Shown here in pieces: positions 22,547 through 33,679 of a DNA stretch of 64,000 bases. A model generated the notes under the pieces. That model saw only the letters and a program-made list of their open reading frames with translations, did not search any database and was not told where the DNA came from. The DNA lies in IMG/VR virus record IMGVR_UViG_3300043101_000273. One strand, written 5' to 3'. The position numbers and the translations under genes are program-made. Numbering within the stretch: position 1 is the stretch's first letter; each line of letters opens with the position of its first letter. This DNA comes from an uncultured virus (IMG/VR IMGVR_UViG_3300043101_000273). Its lineage: Duplodnaviria; Heunggongvirae; Uroviricota; Caudoviricetes.

Positions 22547-24002
22547 AAAACAATATAAAAAAGGAGGAATAATTACAAAGGGAGATTAAATTCTCCCTTT
22601 TTTGTTTGCTACATTTATTTTTTGTGTAAAATTATAAAAAAATAATTATATTTACTTTTTTGAATATACCTTAAAAAGCTCCAAAATCGATTTTAAGAGG
22701 TTTTAGACTTTTGATGTAGAATTTTACATTAGGTATATTAAAATTAAAAATAAGGGCAATTAAATTGATTTTAGAGGTATATATGAATTGATTTACTATA
22801 AAATATTTTCAGAAAAATAAAAATACTCATAAAATCGTTTAAAATCAATTTTAAGACGTTTTAATTTTTTATCAATGAATTTATCAACTTAATTATTAAA
22901 AGCTCTCAAAATTGATTGTGAGCGTTTTTAACGCTATTTATGAGTTGATATTACAAAAATATTTTTCTGTGTTATAACAAGAATTAAAAATGAAATAAAT
23001 AATATCTTTATAGATTTAAAAAATCGTGGCTGTTATATTGCAAAGGGAAAAATGTAGTATTATTAGAATAAGAATTATTAGAAAAGTTTTTATATGTGGG
23101 ATTTATAAAAATCTTTTTAAAAAATAATGTAACAAAGAATAAGTTATAAAAAAGATTTAAAATAATAGGATAAATAATTCTTAATACTGAATATTAAAAA
23201 TTAAATATTAAGATTAAATATTGAAAAATCTTATTCTTTATAGAATGAATGGAAAATATCAAATTAAAAATATAAAATTATAAAAATCTCTTTTTAAAGA
23301 ATTACTCTTACTCTTTAATATTGTTAAAATGAATTTTCTTAAAATGTGATGATTATATATTTTTTAAGAATAAGAAAACAAATAACAGGAATAATGAAAA
23401 CATTTCTTTTTAAAAAATTGAATTACAAAAGTTAAGAAAAGTTATAAAAGGATTTTATTTTACTTTTTAATTGCTTATATAAAAATAATCCTCTACTAAA
23501 AATATTATTAAAATAAGATTTACTTAAAAGATTTTTCTTACAAGAATAATAAAACCTTGTTTTATACAAAAAACTATTTTATGTAAAAGGTTATTTTAAA
23601 GTTCTTTTACTTAACAAAAATTTATATTATCCTTTTTTATTGTTTAATTCTTTTCTAACTTATAAAAGCAACTTATATATTAAAATAATCATTCTTAACA
23701 AAAATTCTTTTTATAATATTTTGTTCTCCATTAAATTTTTAAACATTCAATAATCCATTTATAAAATTATTTCTTTATAACTTTGTTTTAAAAACTCTTT
23801 TTAATAATCATTCAATTCCTTAGATAGGAATTTTAAAAAACCATCTTTAAAAAACATTCTTTAATAATCAATTAAAAATTTTCCTTTAATTATAAAAATA
23901 CAATTTTACATTTTAATAACCAAGTTTATAATATTACAACCACTTTTAAAATCCTGTTCTTAAAAGAGAAAAAATATAATCATTTTTATTCATTGTTATT
24001 TC

Positions 24003-24045
24003 GAGTGCGAAAGCACTCTGGGTGATGTGCGTTAGCACTCACCCA
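24003..24045. other. Twin GC-rich hairpins in an AT-rich non-coding region
   Basis: GAGTGC-GAAA-GCACTC and TGGGTGA-T-GTGC-GTTA-GCAC-TCACCCA. Confidence 0.8.
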
Positions 24046-25345
24046 AGCTCTTTTTTCTTTTTATTCTATAAAACTTATTTATTTTATTTCTTATTATTCC
24101 ATTCTTAAAAAATTCATTCTTAAAAACAAATTTCTTATTTTTAATTCTACATATTATTTCAAATTTTGTATTTAAAAATATTTTCACGTATCTTATTAAA
24201 TAATTTAATATTTTAATTATTAATAATTCTTTATTAATAGTAATCTTTAATAATTAATTATTAATAGTATTAAGAATTATTTAGTTGATAAGTAATTTAT
24301 TACTTATCTATTTAGTGTCCAAATAAAACGTCAACTATGTCCAAATAAAAATATTTTTTTTACTTTAATTCATCAAACTATTTTTTTGTTAATGCCTTAT
24401 TTTTATAGCATTTTAGCAAGTCGATTTTATGTAAAAATGAAAATATTTAGGGTACATTTATGTAAAATAAACGGTAAAAACGTCATTTTTGAAAACTAAA
24501 ACCCTTACCCTGTATGGAGAATTCGCAAATTACATTCGTATTTTTTATTGAGCATTAGACGTATTTTTGTGAAAAATAAAAAATCCCAAAAACCCTTAAA
24601 TAAAGGCTTTTGAGATTGGTATGGTTATTTTCTAATGTCTAGCTAAAAATATTTTTTAATGTATATTTAAAAATAAAAAATTTTCATTTAGACAAAAGAT
24701 GGGTTCGCAGAAGGTTTTTTTAAACAAATAACATACGCAAGTCATATTATTTGCGTTTTTTAAAAAAAATTAAAAATTTACAAAAAGTTTACAATTGCAA
24801 ATATCTATAACAATCAAGCATTTTACCATAAGCAGCGTATAATTGATAAAAAGTGGTATATTCGAATAAATATTTTTAAATGAATTATTTGTTGATTTTT
24901 TTAGTATGAACTGCAATAACGGGTGTATATAATCAAAAAATTTATAAATGAGAAACTTCTAATGCTCAAATAAAAATATTTTATATTATACATTAAAAAA
25001 CAGCAAAATTAGTATCTGAGTTACTAAAAAAAATTAACCTAATTTTCATCAAACATCGACAAATAAGTGTTTTCGATTTTTTAAAAAGCAATTTACTGTC
25101 GTTAAAATAAACATAATTATAAATAAACTATAGAAGATATTTTTAGAAAGACGTTTTTAGAAAAAATAATTTTTAATCATACATTGTAAAATATTATATC
25201 GTTTAAAAACTTTACAATTAATTCTAAGAGCTGTTTTTGTTTTTATTTAATATTTATCCATTAAAATATAAAAGGCTTGTATAATTGAAAATAAGCAATT
25301 AAAAAGGGAGAATTTCTTCTCCCCTTCTATACTTTTTTAATTTTC

Positions 25346-25907
25346 TTAATATTCTTCTTCATAGAAACCACATTCAATCTGTTTATAATCCTTTGGTGGT
25401 TCAGTTTCAATTGAGATTATATCCCAAGCCCAAGTACCTACATAATCTGCACATACCTCTGAAAAATAATCTCCACCACCCTTACCATTACCAACACAAG
25501 TTAATAGCGGCAGTGGGGTGAGTATGCCATCCATTGTCATCTTCTGACCTCTCATAATAGTCATTGCAATTAATATACAACTTTTTAGAATGATTGCAAA
25601 GGTACAAATTGAACAATTCAGTTTCTTTGTCTACACAATCAGACAATTTCATTTCTTCTACATTATCCTGTGCAATAATTTCATTGTAATGTGGATTATC
25701 TTTTTCGTCTGCATAGTCACCTAACCAAGCAACTCTATACTGTGTTTTATATAAGAGAGTGTCAATAGCATTACAAAAGCTATTCTCCCACCAACTGTGT
25801 TCTGTTAATTTTAAATTAACATTGTCACCGTCAATATACTTCATATTCACCATATACTTCTTGTTTGTTTTCACTTCTTTAATTACTGGCATATAATATT
25901 GTTCCAT
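25346..25907 (-). pseudogene. Single gene split by a frameshift at a C4 run (~25515-25518)
   Basis: ...GWHTHP | LPLLTCVGNGKGGGDYF...VGTWAWD reads as one protein across the two track ORFs. Confidence 0.75.
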
Positions 25908-26344
25908 TGTTATTCCTCCTTATTTTTTATAAATAATAATATGTGTGATTGATTGAGTTCTTAACTCTTATCTTGTTTATATTATACTATACTTTTTATG
26001 ATTTGTCAAGTATTTTTTTAATTTTTTAAAAAATATTTTATAATATTAATTCTTAATAAAGTTTCCGCTAGAGGTTTTTAAATATTTATTATTAATTTTT
26101 ATTATTCGGGGTTTAATATAGTTTCTAGTAACATTATTTTTAATTATAGCAGCTTTAAATGTTTTTATCAATAAATCTATCTAATAGATAACAGAAACAA
26201 TTGTAGTAATAAATATAAGCGTAAATAATGAAATCTATAACAGGATGATAATCAAACAATATTATAAATATTTTTAGCAAGTATTTTCTTAACAAACAAA
26301 GGGTATTAAAAAAAGGTAGGATATTTTACCTACCTTTTATTTTT

Positions 26345-26578
26345 TTAATAAGCATATAATGGCTGTGTAGCTGTGGGATAATCATTGAAATAATTATCCA
26401 ATACATTATGCAATTCTTTCTTTATTTTGTCACTATTCTTTATGCGGCTATCAACATAACAGATTGTAAAATCCTCTGTGTTAGCACCTTCAATATATGA
26501 ACATTCAAGTAGACTACCGCTTAATCTATATTTACCAAAAATGTTTTTTATCTTTTCAACATATTCATTCTTTTTCAT
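26345..26578 (-). CDS. Hypothetical protein
   Basis: Start MKKNE after AAAGGAG; terminator. Confidence 0.7.
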   Translation of the reverse strand: MKKNEYVEKIKNIFGKYRLSGSLLECSYIEGANTEDFTICYVDSRIKNSDKIKKELHNVLDNYFNDYPTATQPLYAY

Positions 26579-26669
26579 TATATTCACTCCTTTACGATAT
26601 ATACTTAATAAATTGACTATAAAATGTTTTTTACTTGACAATTAAATCATAATATGCTATTATAATATT

Positions 26670-26906
26670 GTAAAGATAACAAGCACCCTTATTTTTAGAA
26701 TATTCTAAAAATAAGTTTCTGGTGACTTCGGGTGATTTGCCATCCGAAAGGTGAGGGTAGCTCATATCACATACAGTTCAATACTGCCGTAGAGTTTTAA
26801 GGTTACACCGAATTGATGTAGTAATCCACCACTCACCAAAATTAGTATATAATATAAACATTCTTTATTGACGATTTACTTATATTTTTGTGAGAATAAA
26901 GTAAAT
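26670..26906 (+). ncRNA. Structured RNA 1; putative Cas12f/TnpB scaffold (tracr/omega-like)
   Basis: Own promoter TTGACA(26635)-17-TATTAT; no ORF or RBS; GC-rich stems TTCGGGTG/CATCCGAA with loop ATTTGC and GGTGAGGGT/ACC-A-CTCACC; ends ...AAAGTAAAT; homologous to the 57.1-kb RNA. Confidence 0.65.
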
Positions 26907-26947
26907 ATTTTTAATTCAATATCGAATAAATGTTCGTATTTAATATA

Positions 26948-27022
26948 TTAAAAAGCAAAATCGTGTGAATAAAGTGGGTTCTTTCTTAACTTATTTTCAA
27001 TTGCCTTTGTTATCAAATTCAT
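26948..27022 (-). pseudogene. Truncated gene (24 aa, MNLITKAIENKLRKNPLYSHD...), DUF2958-like start
   Basis: Full cassette promoter (27088) and RBS, but the ORF stops where the RNA locus begins. Confidence 0.5.
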
Positions 27023-27132
27023 ATTAGCATCTCCTTTTAAATGCGTGTTATTTTTTATACTTATATTATACCACAATTTTTATATTTTGTCAAGCGTTTT
27101 TTGAAAAATTATAAATAAAAGAATTTTATTCT

Positions 27133-27300
27133 TTATTCATAATCACTGTATTGATTATTCAAATATTCTGAATTAAGATAATCAGCCATTACCTCAATGT
27201 TGTCAAGTTCTGAACAACATTCTTTTAAGTTTTGTATTCTTTCAAGCTCTGCTGCCAACTGTTCGCTTGTTAATGTATTAAATCTTTCTCTTACTGTCAT
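27133..27300 (-). CDS. Small hypothetical protein
   Basis: Start MTVRE after AAGGAGG. Confidence 0.75.
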   Translation of the reverse strand: MTVRERFNTLTSEQLAAELERIQNLKECCSELDNIEVMADYLNSEYLNNQYSDYE

Positions 27301-27453
27301 ATTAAAAACCTCCTTCAAAAAGTGTTGTGTTAGATAACCATTTCTTATCTTGTTTATATTATACTACACATTTTATAATTTGTCAAGAACTTTTTTTGAA
27401 AATATTTTATATAAAAAGGCAAGTATATTTATATATACTCGCCTTATAAATTC

Positions 27454-28125
27454 TTACTTCTTAAACTCTTTTAATCCCATACATTCATCTACAAGAAATT
27501 CAAAACGCTTATGATAATTCAAATTTTTGAACTTTGTGTAATCTTCCGCATTTAACTTATATTTAACAGGAATATATTTGTACATTTCAAAACAATTGTA
27601 ATCGGGAATATCTTTAATTTCCAATTTCTTATTAAAAACATTCTTATCTGTTTTAAGTTTCTGTAAACAAGCTTCAAGATTATAATGGGTATCATTTAAT
27701 TTACTATTGATATAATCAACAGAAATAATTTGTGGTAATAAATTAAACTGTGAATCATACAATTTATCATCGCTAAGATTGATTAAAATAATTGTATTAA
27801 GTGTATCATTATAATTATCTTCATTTGGATTTAATAATACATTATAACTTAAATTACTTAATCTACCTGTCAAATATTTATCTAAATTCTCTTTGCTTAT
27901 TAAAAAAGGCATTAAGGTAATATTATTGTATACAATATTCTTCTTAATACTTTCAATAGTGCCGCTTACTTCTTCAATTTTATCCTTAGTATTAAAACCA
28001 GTAATTTTTTTTAATATTTGGTCATTATTATATAAAGTATCAACATAGAAAAACAAATTACTATTTTCAATTGGATAAGTATCAATCTGTCTTGTTATGT
28101 TGATGTTAAATTTTGTTGTATTCAT
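27454..28125 (-). CDS. Hypothetical protein
   Basis: RBS, terminator. Confidence 0.8.
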   Translation of the reverse strand: MNTTKFNINITRQIDTYPIENSNLFFYVDTLYNNDQILKKITGFNTKDKIEEVSGTIESIKKNIVYNNITLMPFLISKENLDKYLTGRLSNLSYNVLLNPNEDNYNDTLNTIILINLSDDKLYDSQFNLLPQIISVDYINSKLNDTHYNLEACLQKLKTDKNVFNKKLEIKDIPDYNCFEMYKYIPVKYKLNAEDYTKFKNLNYHKRFEFLVDECMGLKEFKK

Positions 28126-28175
28126 AATTTTTATCTCCTTTCGAAAAAGCTTTTATAAAAAGTTCTTATAACGGT

Positions 28176-28391
28176 TTATTCTCCAAAGTCATATTCTAAA
28201 ACAGATAATAAAGATTTTACAATATTAGTTATTTTTTCTTTATCACCTACTGCAAGAATACATTGATAAGTATTATATTTTAATTGTTCTGCGTTTGCAA
28301 GTAATAATTTACCATCATTATATTTTAATAACCCTTTTAATTCTTTCTTTACAGATAAAGAATTATAATCATTTATTAGTTCTTGTAACAT
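28176..28391 (-). CDS. Hypothetical protein
   Basis: RBS AAAGGAG. Confidence 0.7.
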   Translation of the reverse strand: MLQELINDYNSLSVKKELKGLLKYNDGKLLLANAEQLKYNTYQCILAVGDKEKITNIVKSLLSVLEYDFGE

Positions 28392-28502
28392 TAGAAATAT
28401 CTCCTTTATAAAAAGAATTAAAACAATCTCGCTTTAAGTATTCAAGCTGATTGTAATTTAATTCTTGTATTATCATTTTAAAATTCCTTTAAAAGTGTTG
28501 TA

Positions 28503-28778
28503 TTATTTTTTAAGCATATTATTAAGAATTTCATTATTAACAGGAATTTCCAAAATTTTTATTTCTGTATAAGTTCCATCATTGCAAAATATATCAATCA
28601 TTTCTTTTGAAAATTTTTTTACATATGGTTCAGTTTTATTTGCATTTTCTTCATTTAGTATTTGCTCTACAATATCTTTCATTGCTGTTATTGCTTCTTC
28701 TTTCGTTGTAAATGTTTTTACATCATAGCCTATTAGTTCAAGACTATATGTAATATATATAACATAAAGTTTTTTCAT
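28503..28778 (-). CDS. Hypothetical protein, family C
   Basis: MK.LY...IT.S......F.TKEEA...M shared with 28907, 32307, 63484. Confidence 0.8.
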   Translation of the reverse strand: MKKLYVIYITYSLELIGYDVKTFTTKEEAITAMKDIVEQILNEENANKTEPYVKKFSKEMIDIFCNDGTYTEIKILEIPVNNEILNNMLKK

Positions 28779-28906
28779 AATTAAGAACCTCCTTATATAA
28801 TTTTTTATTACTATTCATCTTGTTTATATTATACTACTTTTTTTATGTTTTGTCAAGAGTTTTTGTTTAATATAAAATATTTATTTATAATAAAAAAGGT
28901 GAATTT

Positions 28907-29488
28907 TTACTCCACTTTTTTATCTTGCATTGCTATTATTCTTTCTTTTTTAAAAGCCAAGCATTTATATTTTATATCACTTTTTGAAAATTTCTTTATA
29001 TCCGACCATCTTTTTTTACCACCGAACAAAACAGTATCTTCAAGAGTATTATTCATAAACTTATCAATGAGATTGTGAATACCAGTTTCAGACGTATCAA
29101 GATTAAAGTCAAAAAATATATATTTTTTATTATTTTTGTCTATGCCGATAAATTCTTTCGTTTTCATAGAATTCCAAGTAGCAAGAATAATATGAGTAAT
29201 CATTTCTACATTCTTCTTATTATCAGTTTTGAAAAAATCTTCCTCAATAGGAATTTCTAAAACTTCAAATTTCATATACCCTTCATAGTCATAATATACC
29301 TTTACTACATCTGCGTAATCTTGTTGTATCTTTGGGGGAATTTGATTTTGCTCTTCTTTCCTTTTTTCAATTTTCTCTATTTCTTCTTGCATTTTTTCTT
29401 TTGCTTTTTCTTCGGTCTTAAATGTTTCTATAGCATATTGTGAATCATTTAAACTATCCGTAATATATAAAGCGTAAATTTTATTCAT
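28907..29488 (-). CDS. Hypothetical protein, family C domain plus C-terminal extension
   Basis: Start MNKIY after AAGGAGG. Confidence 0.8.
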   Translation of the reverse strand: MNKIYALYITDSLNDSQYAIETFKTEEKAKEKMQEEIEKIEKRKEEQNQIPPKIQQDYADVVKVYYDYEGYMKFEVLEIPIEEDFFKTDNKKNVEMITHIILATWNSMKTKEFIGIDKNNKKYIFFDFNLDTSETGIHNLIDKFMNNTLEDTVLFGGKKRWSDIKKFSKSDIKYKCLAFKKERIIAMQDKKVE

Positions 29489-29642
29489 AGTATCCTCCTT
29501 GTTTTTTAAAAGTTTTTTCAAGCTGCATAATTTTTACCATATTATCCATAATCAATATTTCTTTTCTAAAAAATGTTTTTATATATTATACTATTAATTT
29601 TATAATTTGTCAAGGTTTAATGCAATAAAAAAGTGGGTGTTA

Positions 29643-29876
29643 TTACACCCACAAACTATTATCATCAGTTTCAATATTTATTATTCCACCATATTTATAA
29701 TTTCTATTTCTTAATAATTCCGCTTCTTTAATTATACCTTCAACATCTTTTATGTATTTCTTTGTACCTTTCATTACTTTATCTGCAAAAGTGTTTTCTA
29801 TTGTAATTGTAATGCAGCTCTTTCCTTTTTCACCTTTTGCGTTAAAAGTAGTAAATGTGATTGTTAAATCTTTCAT
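29643..29876 (-). CDS. Hypothetical protein
   Basis: Promoter, RBS. Confidence 0.75.
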   Translation of the reverse strand: MKDLTITFTTFNAKGEKGKSCITITIENTFADKVMKGTKKYIKDVEGIIKEAELLRNRNYKYGGIINIETDDNSLWV

Positions 29877-30089
29877 TTTTAATATCCTCCTTATAATTGT
29901 TTTTTATAAAATGAACGATGAAATATAAAATCCTATAAGAAGTCTTTTTTCATTACAATATCTATTATATCATATCTTTTATTATTTGTCAATATAAAAA
30001 AGGATAAATACAAAAAATATATTTATCCTTTAATGGTTCATTTTTAAACAGTTATTTTTAATAATTTCTTTTCTAATAATTTTTAATAA

Positions 30090-30326
30090 TTAAATTACTG
30101 TAATAATTTTCCCTTTATTATATTCAACATTAGTAGTTTTATCTTCTTCATCAATTAGTATTTCAACAACTAGCCAATTTTTTATATTTTCCATTGTTTT
30201 TAAATCTTTTGCTTTTCCTCGCCAAAGAACTTTATTTTTTTTAGTATGAGCTTTTACTGTAATTTGGCGAGTTTCACTTGCTGTACCGTTTATACATATA
30301 ATTTTGGCTAAGTCTAACAAATACAT
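30090..30326 (-). CDS. Hypothetical protein
   Basis: Promoter, RBS. Confidence 0.75.
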   Translation of the reverse strand: MYLLDLAKIICINGTASETRQITVKAHTKKNKVLWRGKAKDLKTMENIKNWLVVEILIDEEDKTTNVEYNKGKIITVI

Positions 30327-30420
30327 ATATCTACCTTCTTTCTAAATACTTCTATTATTTGTTTAACGCTTATTGTATCATATTTCTTAATCATTTGTCA
30401 ATAAGCATTTGATATTTTTA

Positions 30421-30702
30421 TTAAAAGAATTTATCAAAAAATCTTTCAATAACTAAATCATTCATATATTTACAATTAAAATCATTATTAACTACACTTG
30501 TTTTATCTTTGTCGAGAAATAAATAAGTATATTCTTCTTTAACTGCATTATACTCAACAAACATAATTGCTTTTGTATTATAAATCTTTTTTATTTCACT
30601 GGGTAGATTTAAGTATGCACAAAAAATACCTTTTTTTAAATCTGCCGTATCATAGTAAAAATCTTTTTTATTTATCTTCTTTAGTAACTCTAAACTTAGC
30701 AT
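30421..30702 (-). CDS. Hypothetical protein
   Basis: Start MLSLE after AAGGAG. Confidence 0.7.
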   Translation of the reverse strand: MLSLELLKKINKKDFYYDTADLKKGIFCAYLNLPSEIKKIYNTKAIMFVEYNAVKEEYTYLFLDKDKTSVVNNDFNCKYMNDLVIERFFDKFF

Positions 30703-30715
30703 AAAAATTCTCCTT

Positions 30716-30982
30716 TTAATGAAAAGCAATCCACACAGACGGATAGTCATAATCGCTATCCATATGAAAACTTTCTACATTGATTTCAAAGTATTCAGAT
30801 AAAATTCTTGTTATTTTAGAATTTAACATAGATTCACCGTTTTCATAATAAACATATAATCCATCTTCTTCAATTGTTACTTTAATATTTTCACCATTAT
30901 AGATTTCTTCCATAATGTTTTTAAATGTATTAAAATCAATAGTAATACATTTTTTTAGCATATATTCTTTTACATTTTTCAA
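30716..30982 (-). CDS. Hypothetical protein resembling the C-terminal half of 31096
   Basis: TTG start + RBS; I...LS.(Y/F)......H.......WI. Confidence 0.75.
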   Translation of the reverse strand: MKNVKEYMLKKCITIDFNTFKNIMEEIYNGENIKVTIEEDGLYVYYENGESMLNSKITRILSEYFEINVESFHMDSDYDYPSVWIAFH

Positions 30983-31095
30983 TATTAAATATCTCCTTTC
31001 TATAAAAAATCTTTTTTATAAATACCATTTTTAAAAAATTGTTAAAAAAGGGATTGTTGGAAATAATGTTTATTTAACAATCCCCTTATAAGCAA

Positions 31096-31662
31096 TTATT
31101 CTTTTACTTCAATCCAAAATTCCTTATAATCAAATCCTCCATCCTCTTCGTGTTCAATGTGCAACCTAACAATTTCTTCATTAAGGAATTTTGACAATTC
31201 TCTAACAATATATGAATATGATATTTCTTCGTTGTTTTCATTATAAAAACATACATCTCCGTTTTCTTTTTCTTTTATTTCAATATCTTCATAATCAAAA
31301 ATCCTAGATAGTATATCTTCAAACCACAGCAACGGACTTATAATTGTTGGTTCTGTTGCATAACGATGTCTTAAAAAATAACTATCACAATCCTTTAATG
31401 TCATACAATTTTTAATTTTATAACCATCATTTTTAAGGGTTTCGATAGATACTTCTTCATTTATGAGTTCAAAATCATCATTTTTACAATAAGAACAACA
31501 GCACGTACAAGTTTCGTCATCTTCTTCGGTAAAATCCCATATATCAGTATTAATAAGCAACATTAAACTGCCGCATTTTTTACATTTGTAAAGCTTACCT
31601 GTCATAGTTTCATCATCACGATTATAATTACAATATACATTTACTATATCTTTTTTCATCAT
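31096..31662 (-). CDS. Zn-ribbon protein; fusion of 31754-like and 30716-like domains
   Basis: M.K..V.VY...C..CG.LML...C..C....LE.L.N.GY.I N-terminus. Confidence 0.8.
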   Translation of the reverse strand: MMKKDIVNVYCNYNRDDETMTGKLYKCKKCGSLMLLINTDIWDFTEEDDETCTCCCSYCKNDDFELINEEVSIETLKNDGYKIKNCMTLKDCDSYFLRHRYATEPTIISPLLWFEDILSRIFDYEDIEIKEKENGDVCFYNENNEEISYSYIVRELSKFLNEEIVRLHIEHEEDGGFDYKEFWIEVKE

Positions 31663-31753
31663 AAATTATTTTCCACCCTTCAAATTTTCAAGTTACGGGA
31701 TTGCCAATAATTAATAATTCTTACAATATTAACAATCCCTACAAAATATTTAA

Positions 31754-31972
31754 TTACTGAATTTCAATTATATAACCTTCGTTTTCAAGTTCTTCAAGTG
31801 TTGCTTCCTGTCTATCGTCTGCCCATTCGAGATTTTCACTTTCACAATCTCCGCAAGCTGTACCACCCAACTGCATAAGCATAAGACAACCGCAATCATT
31901 ACATCTTACAAAATCGCCTAAATGATTTTTATTCAATTCATCAATATAAACCTTTACTACTTCTTTAATCAT
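31754..31972 (-). CDS. Small Zn-ribbon protein
   Basis: CNDCG..ML...ACGDC. Confidence 0.8.
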   Translation of the reverse strand: MIKEVVKVYIDELNKNHLGDFVRCNDCGCLMLMQLGGTACGDCESENLEWADDRQEATLEELENEGYIIEIQ

Positions 31973-32306
31973 AATTAAATCCTCCTTTAAAAATCCTTTT
32001 TATTGTGTGTGATTGACTTGAATTGTTCTCAACTCTTATCTTGTTATTATTATACTACATTTTTTATAATTTGTCAAGTGTTTTTTTGAAAAATATAATT
32101 TTTTAAATGAGAGGATTATTAAATATTTTATGTTTTATACCTGTTCTAAACTGCATTAAATATTTAATAAAGAATTATATAACAAAACAGGTAATCCGTC
32201 TTAAAATGCAAAATAAGTATATATAACGCTATATATAAATTATTAAAACAAGCAAAAAGTATTATTTAGAATAAATAAAAAAGGGTGAATAAATCACCCT
32301 TTAATT

Positions 32307-32603
32307 TTAAATTTCTACCAAACCAAATCTTGTATTTGCATCAAGCCTAGTTTCTAATATTCTTATATCTATATAATCCATTCCATACTCAACATCTTCC
32401 ACAGGCATATAGAACAATTTCTTATGTTTTTTGTTTATTTCTTGAACATATGGTGTATATCCGCTTTCTTTCTGTTGCTGCTGTACTATATTATCAATCA
32501 TTTCATTCATAGATTGAATTGCTTCTTCTTTTGTTAAAAAGCCTATTGTTTTATAATCTTCATCAAAAGTATGAGTAATTGTAAGTAAATATAAAATTTT
32601 CAT
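32307..32603 (-). CDS. Hypothetical protein, family C
   Basis: Paralog of 63484. Confidence 0.8.
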   Translation of the reverse strand: MKILYLLTITHTFDEDYKTIGFLTKEEAIQSMNEMIDNIVQQQQKESGYTPYVQEINKKHKKLFYMPVEDVEYGMDYIDIRILETRLDANTRFGLVEI

Positions 32604-32902
32604 AAATAAATCCTCCTTTAATTTCCTACTTTATTATGTGTATTTTAAACTCGAATTATATTTAGCTCTTAACTTGTTTATATTATACCATATATTTTAT
32701 TGTTTGTCAAGTTGTTTTTGAAAATTGGATTATAAATATTTTACAAATAAATTATCTAAGAATTTATTAAACAATTTATTATAAGGAATAATATTTAATT
32801 GTCCGTATAAGTATTTATAAAAAGTTACATTATTAAATAATAAAATAAGAATATTTTAGAAAATGAAAAAGGGTAGATTTTTTCTACCCTTTATAAATTA
32901 AC

Positions 32903-33679
32903 TTAATTATCTTTTTCTATCATCTCTCTTCGTATTTTTCTCATTTTATTAGCACTAAATTCAAATTTAGCATACCTTGATATATCTAAAGAATTTTTCA
33001 TTCCCAATCTTATTTGTTTCATTTGTCTGCAATCAAAATTAGGGTTAGCGTACTTTGATATATCAATTTTTTCCTCCATTCCTAATCTTATTTGGTTCAT
33101 TTGTTTCCAATCAAAATTAGAATTTGCATATTTTGATACGTCTAACTTTTTTTCTGCTCCTAATCTTATTTCAAGCAATTGGTCATAATTAAAATTATTA
33201 TTTGCATAAATAGAGCTATCTACTCCATTTTCGAGACCTAGTGATATCTCTCTCATTTGATTATAGTCATATTTAGTATCAGCATATACAGATATGTCTA
33301 ACTTTCTTTTAAGTCCTATTACTATCTGAAACAGTTGTTTCCCGTCAAACTTATCCACATAATTAGATAAATTGAAACCTTCTTTAAGTCCTTCTCTTAT
33401 TTGTTGCATTTTAAATGAATCAATGTTAGGGTTCGCATAACTTGACACATCCACACCGTCTTTAAAACCATATGCTATCTCTCTCATTTGGTAAGAATCG
33501 AAAATCGGATTAGCAAGAAATTCTATGTGAGACAAACTTAAATGAGCATTGAAACTGTATATTATTGATTGTATTTGCATATCATTAAAATTACCACTTT
33601 TTTTAAGTTCGTTTAATACTTCACTTCTTAATAAAGGTACTTGATTTGCTCTTTCAAATATTTCTTTTATTTCTTTCAT
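32903..33679 (-). CDS. Tandem-repeat protein (~26-aa unit F...QM.(E/Q)IRLG.....D.S.YAN..)
   Basis: About 8 repeats visible in the translation. Confidence 0.85.
   Translation of the reverse strand: MKEIKEIFERANQVPLLRSEVLNELKKSGNFNDMQIQSIIYSFNAHLSLSHIEFLANPIFDSYQMREIAYGFKDGVDVSSYANPNIDSFKMQQIREGLKEGFNLSNYVDKFDGKQLFQIVIGLKRKLDISVYADTKYDYNQMREISLGLENGVDSSIYANNNFNYDQLLEIRLGAEKKLDVSKYANSNFDWKQMNQIRLGMEEKIDISKYANPNFDCRQMKQIRLGMKNSLDISRYAKFEFSANKMRKIRREMIEKDN

Noticed and set aside
22802..22818. CodY/Fur/cre-like boxes at several sites
   Set aside because: The consensus sequences are too AT-rich or degenerate to be meaningful by eye.
26976..27000. TTCTTAACTTATT as a guide against the cassette promoter leader
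   Set aside because: It is the antisense of the truncated gene's coding sequence and lies ~70 nt beyond the inferred scaffold end; probably coincidental.
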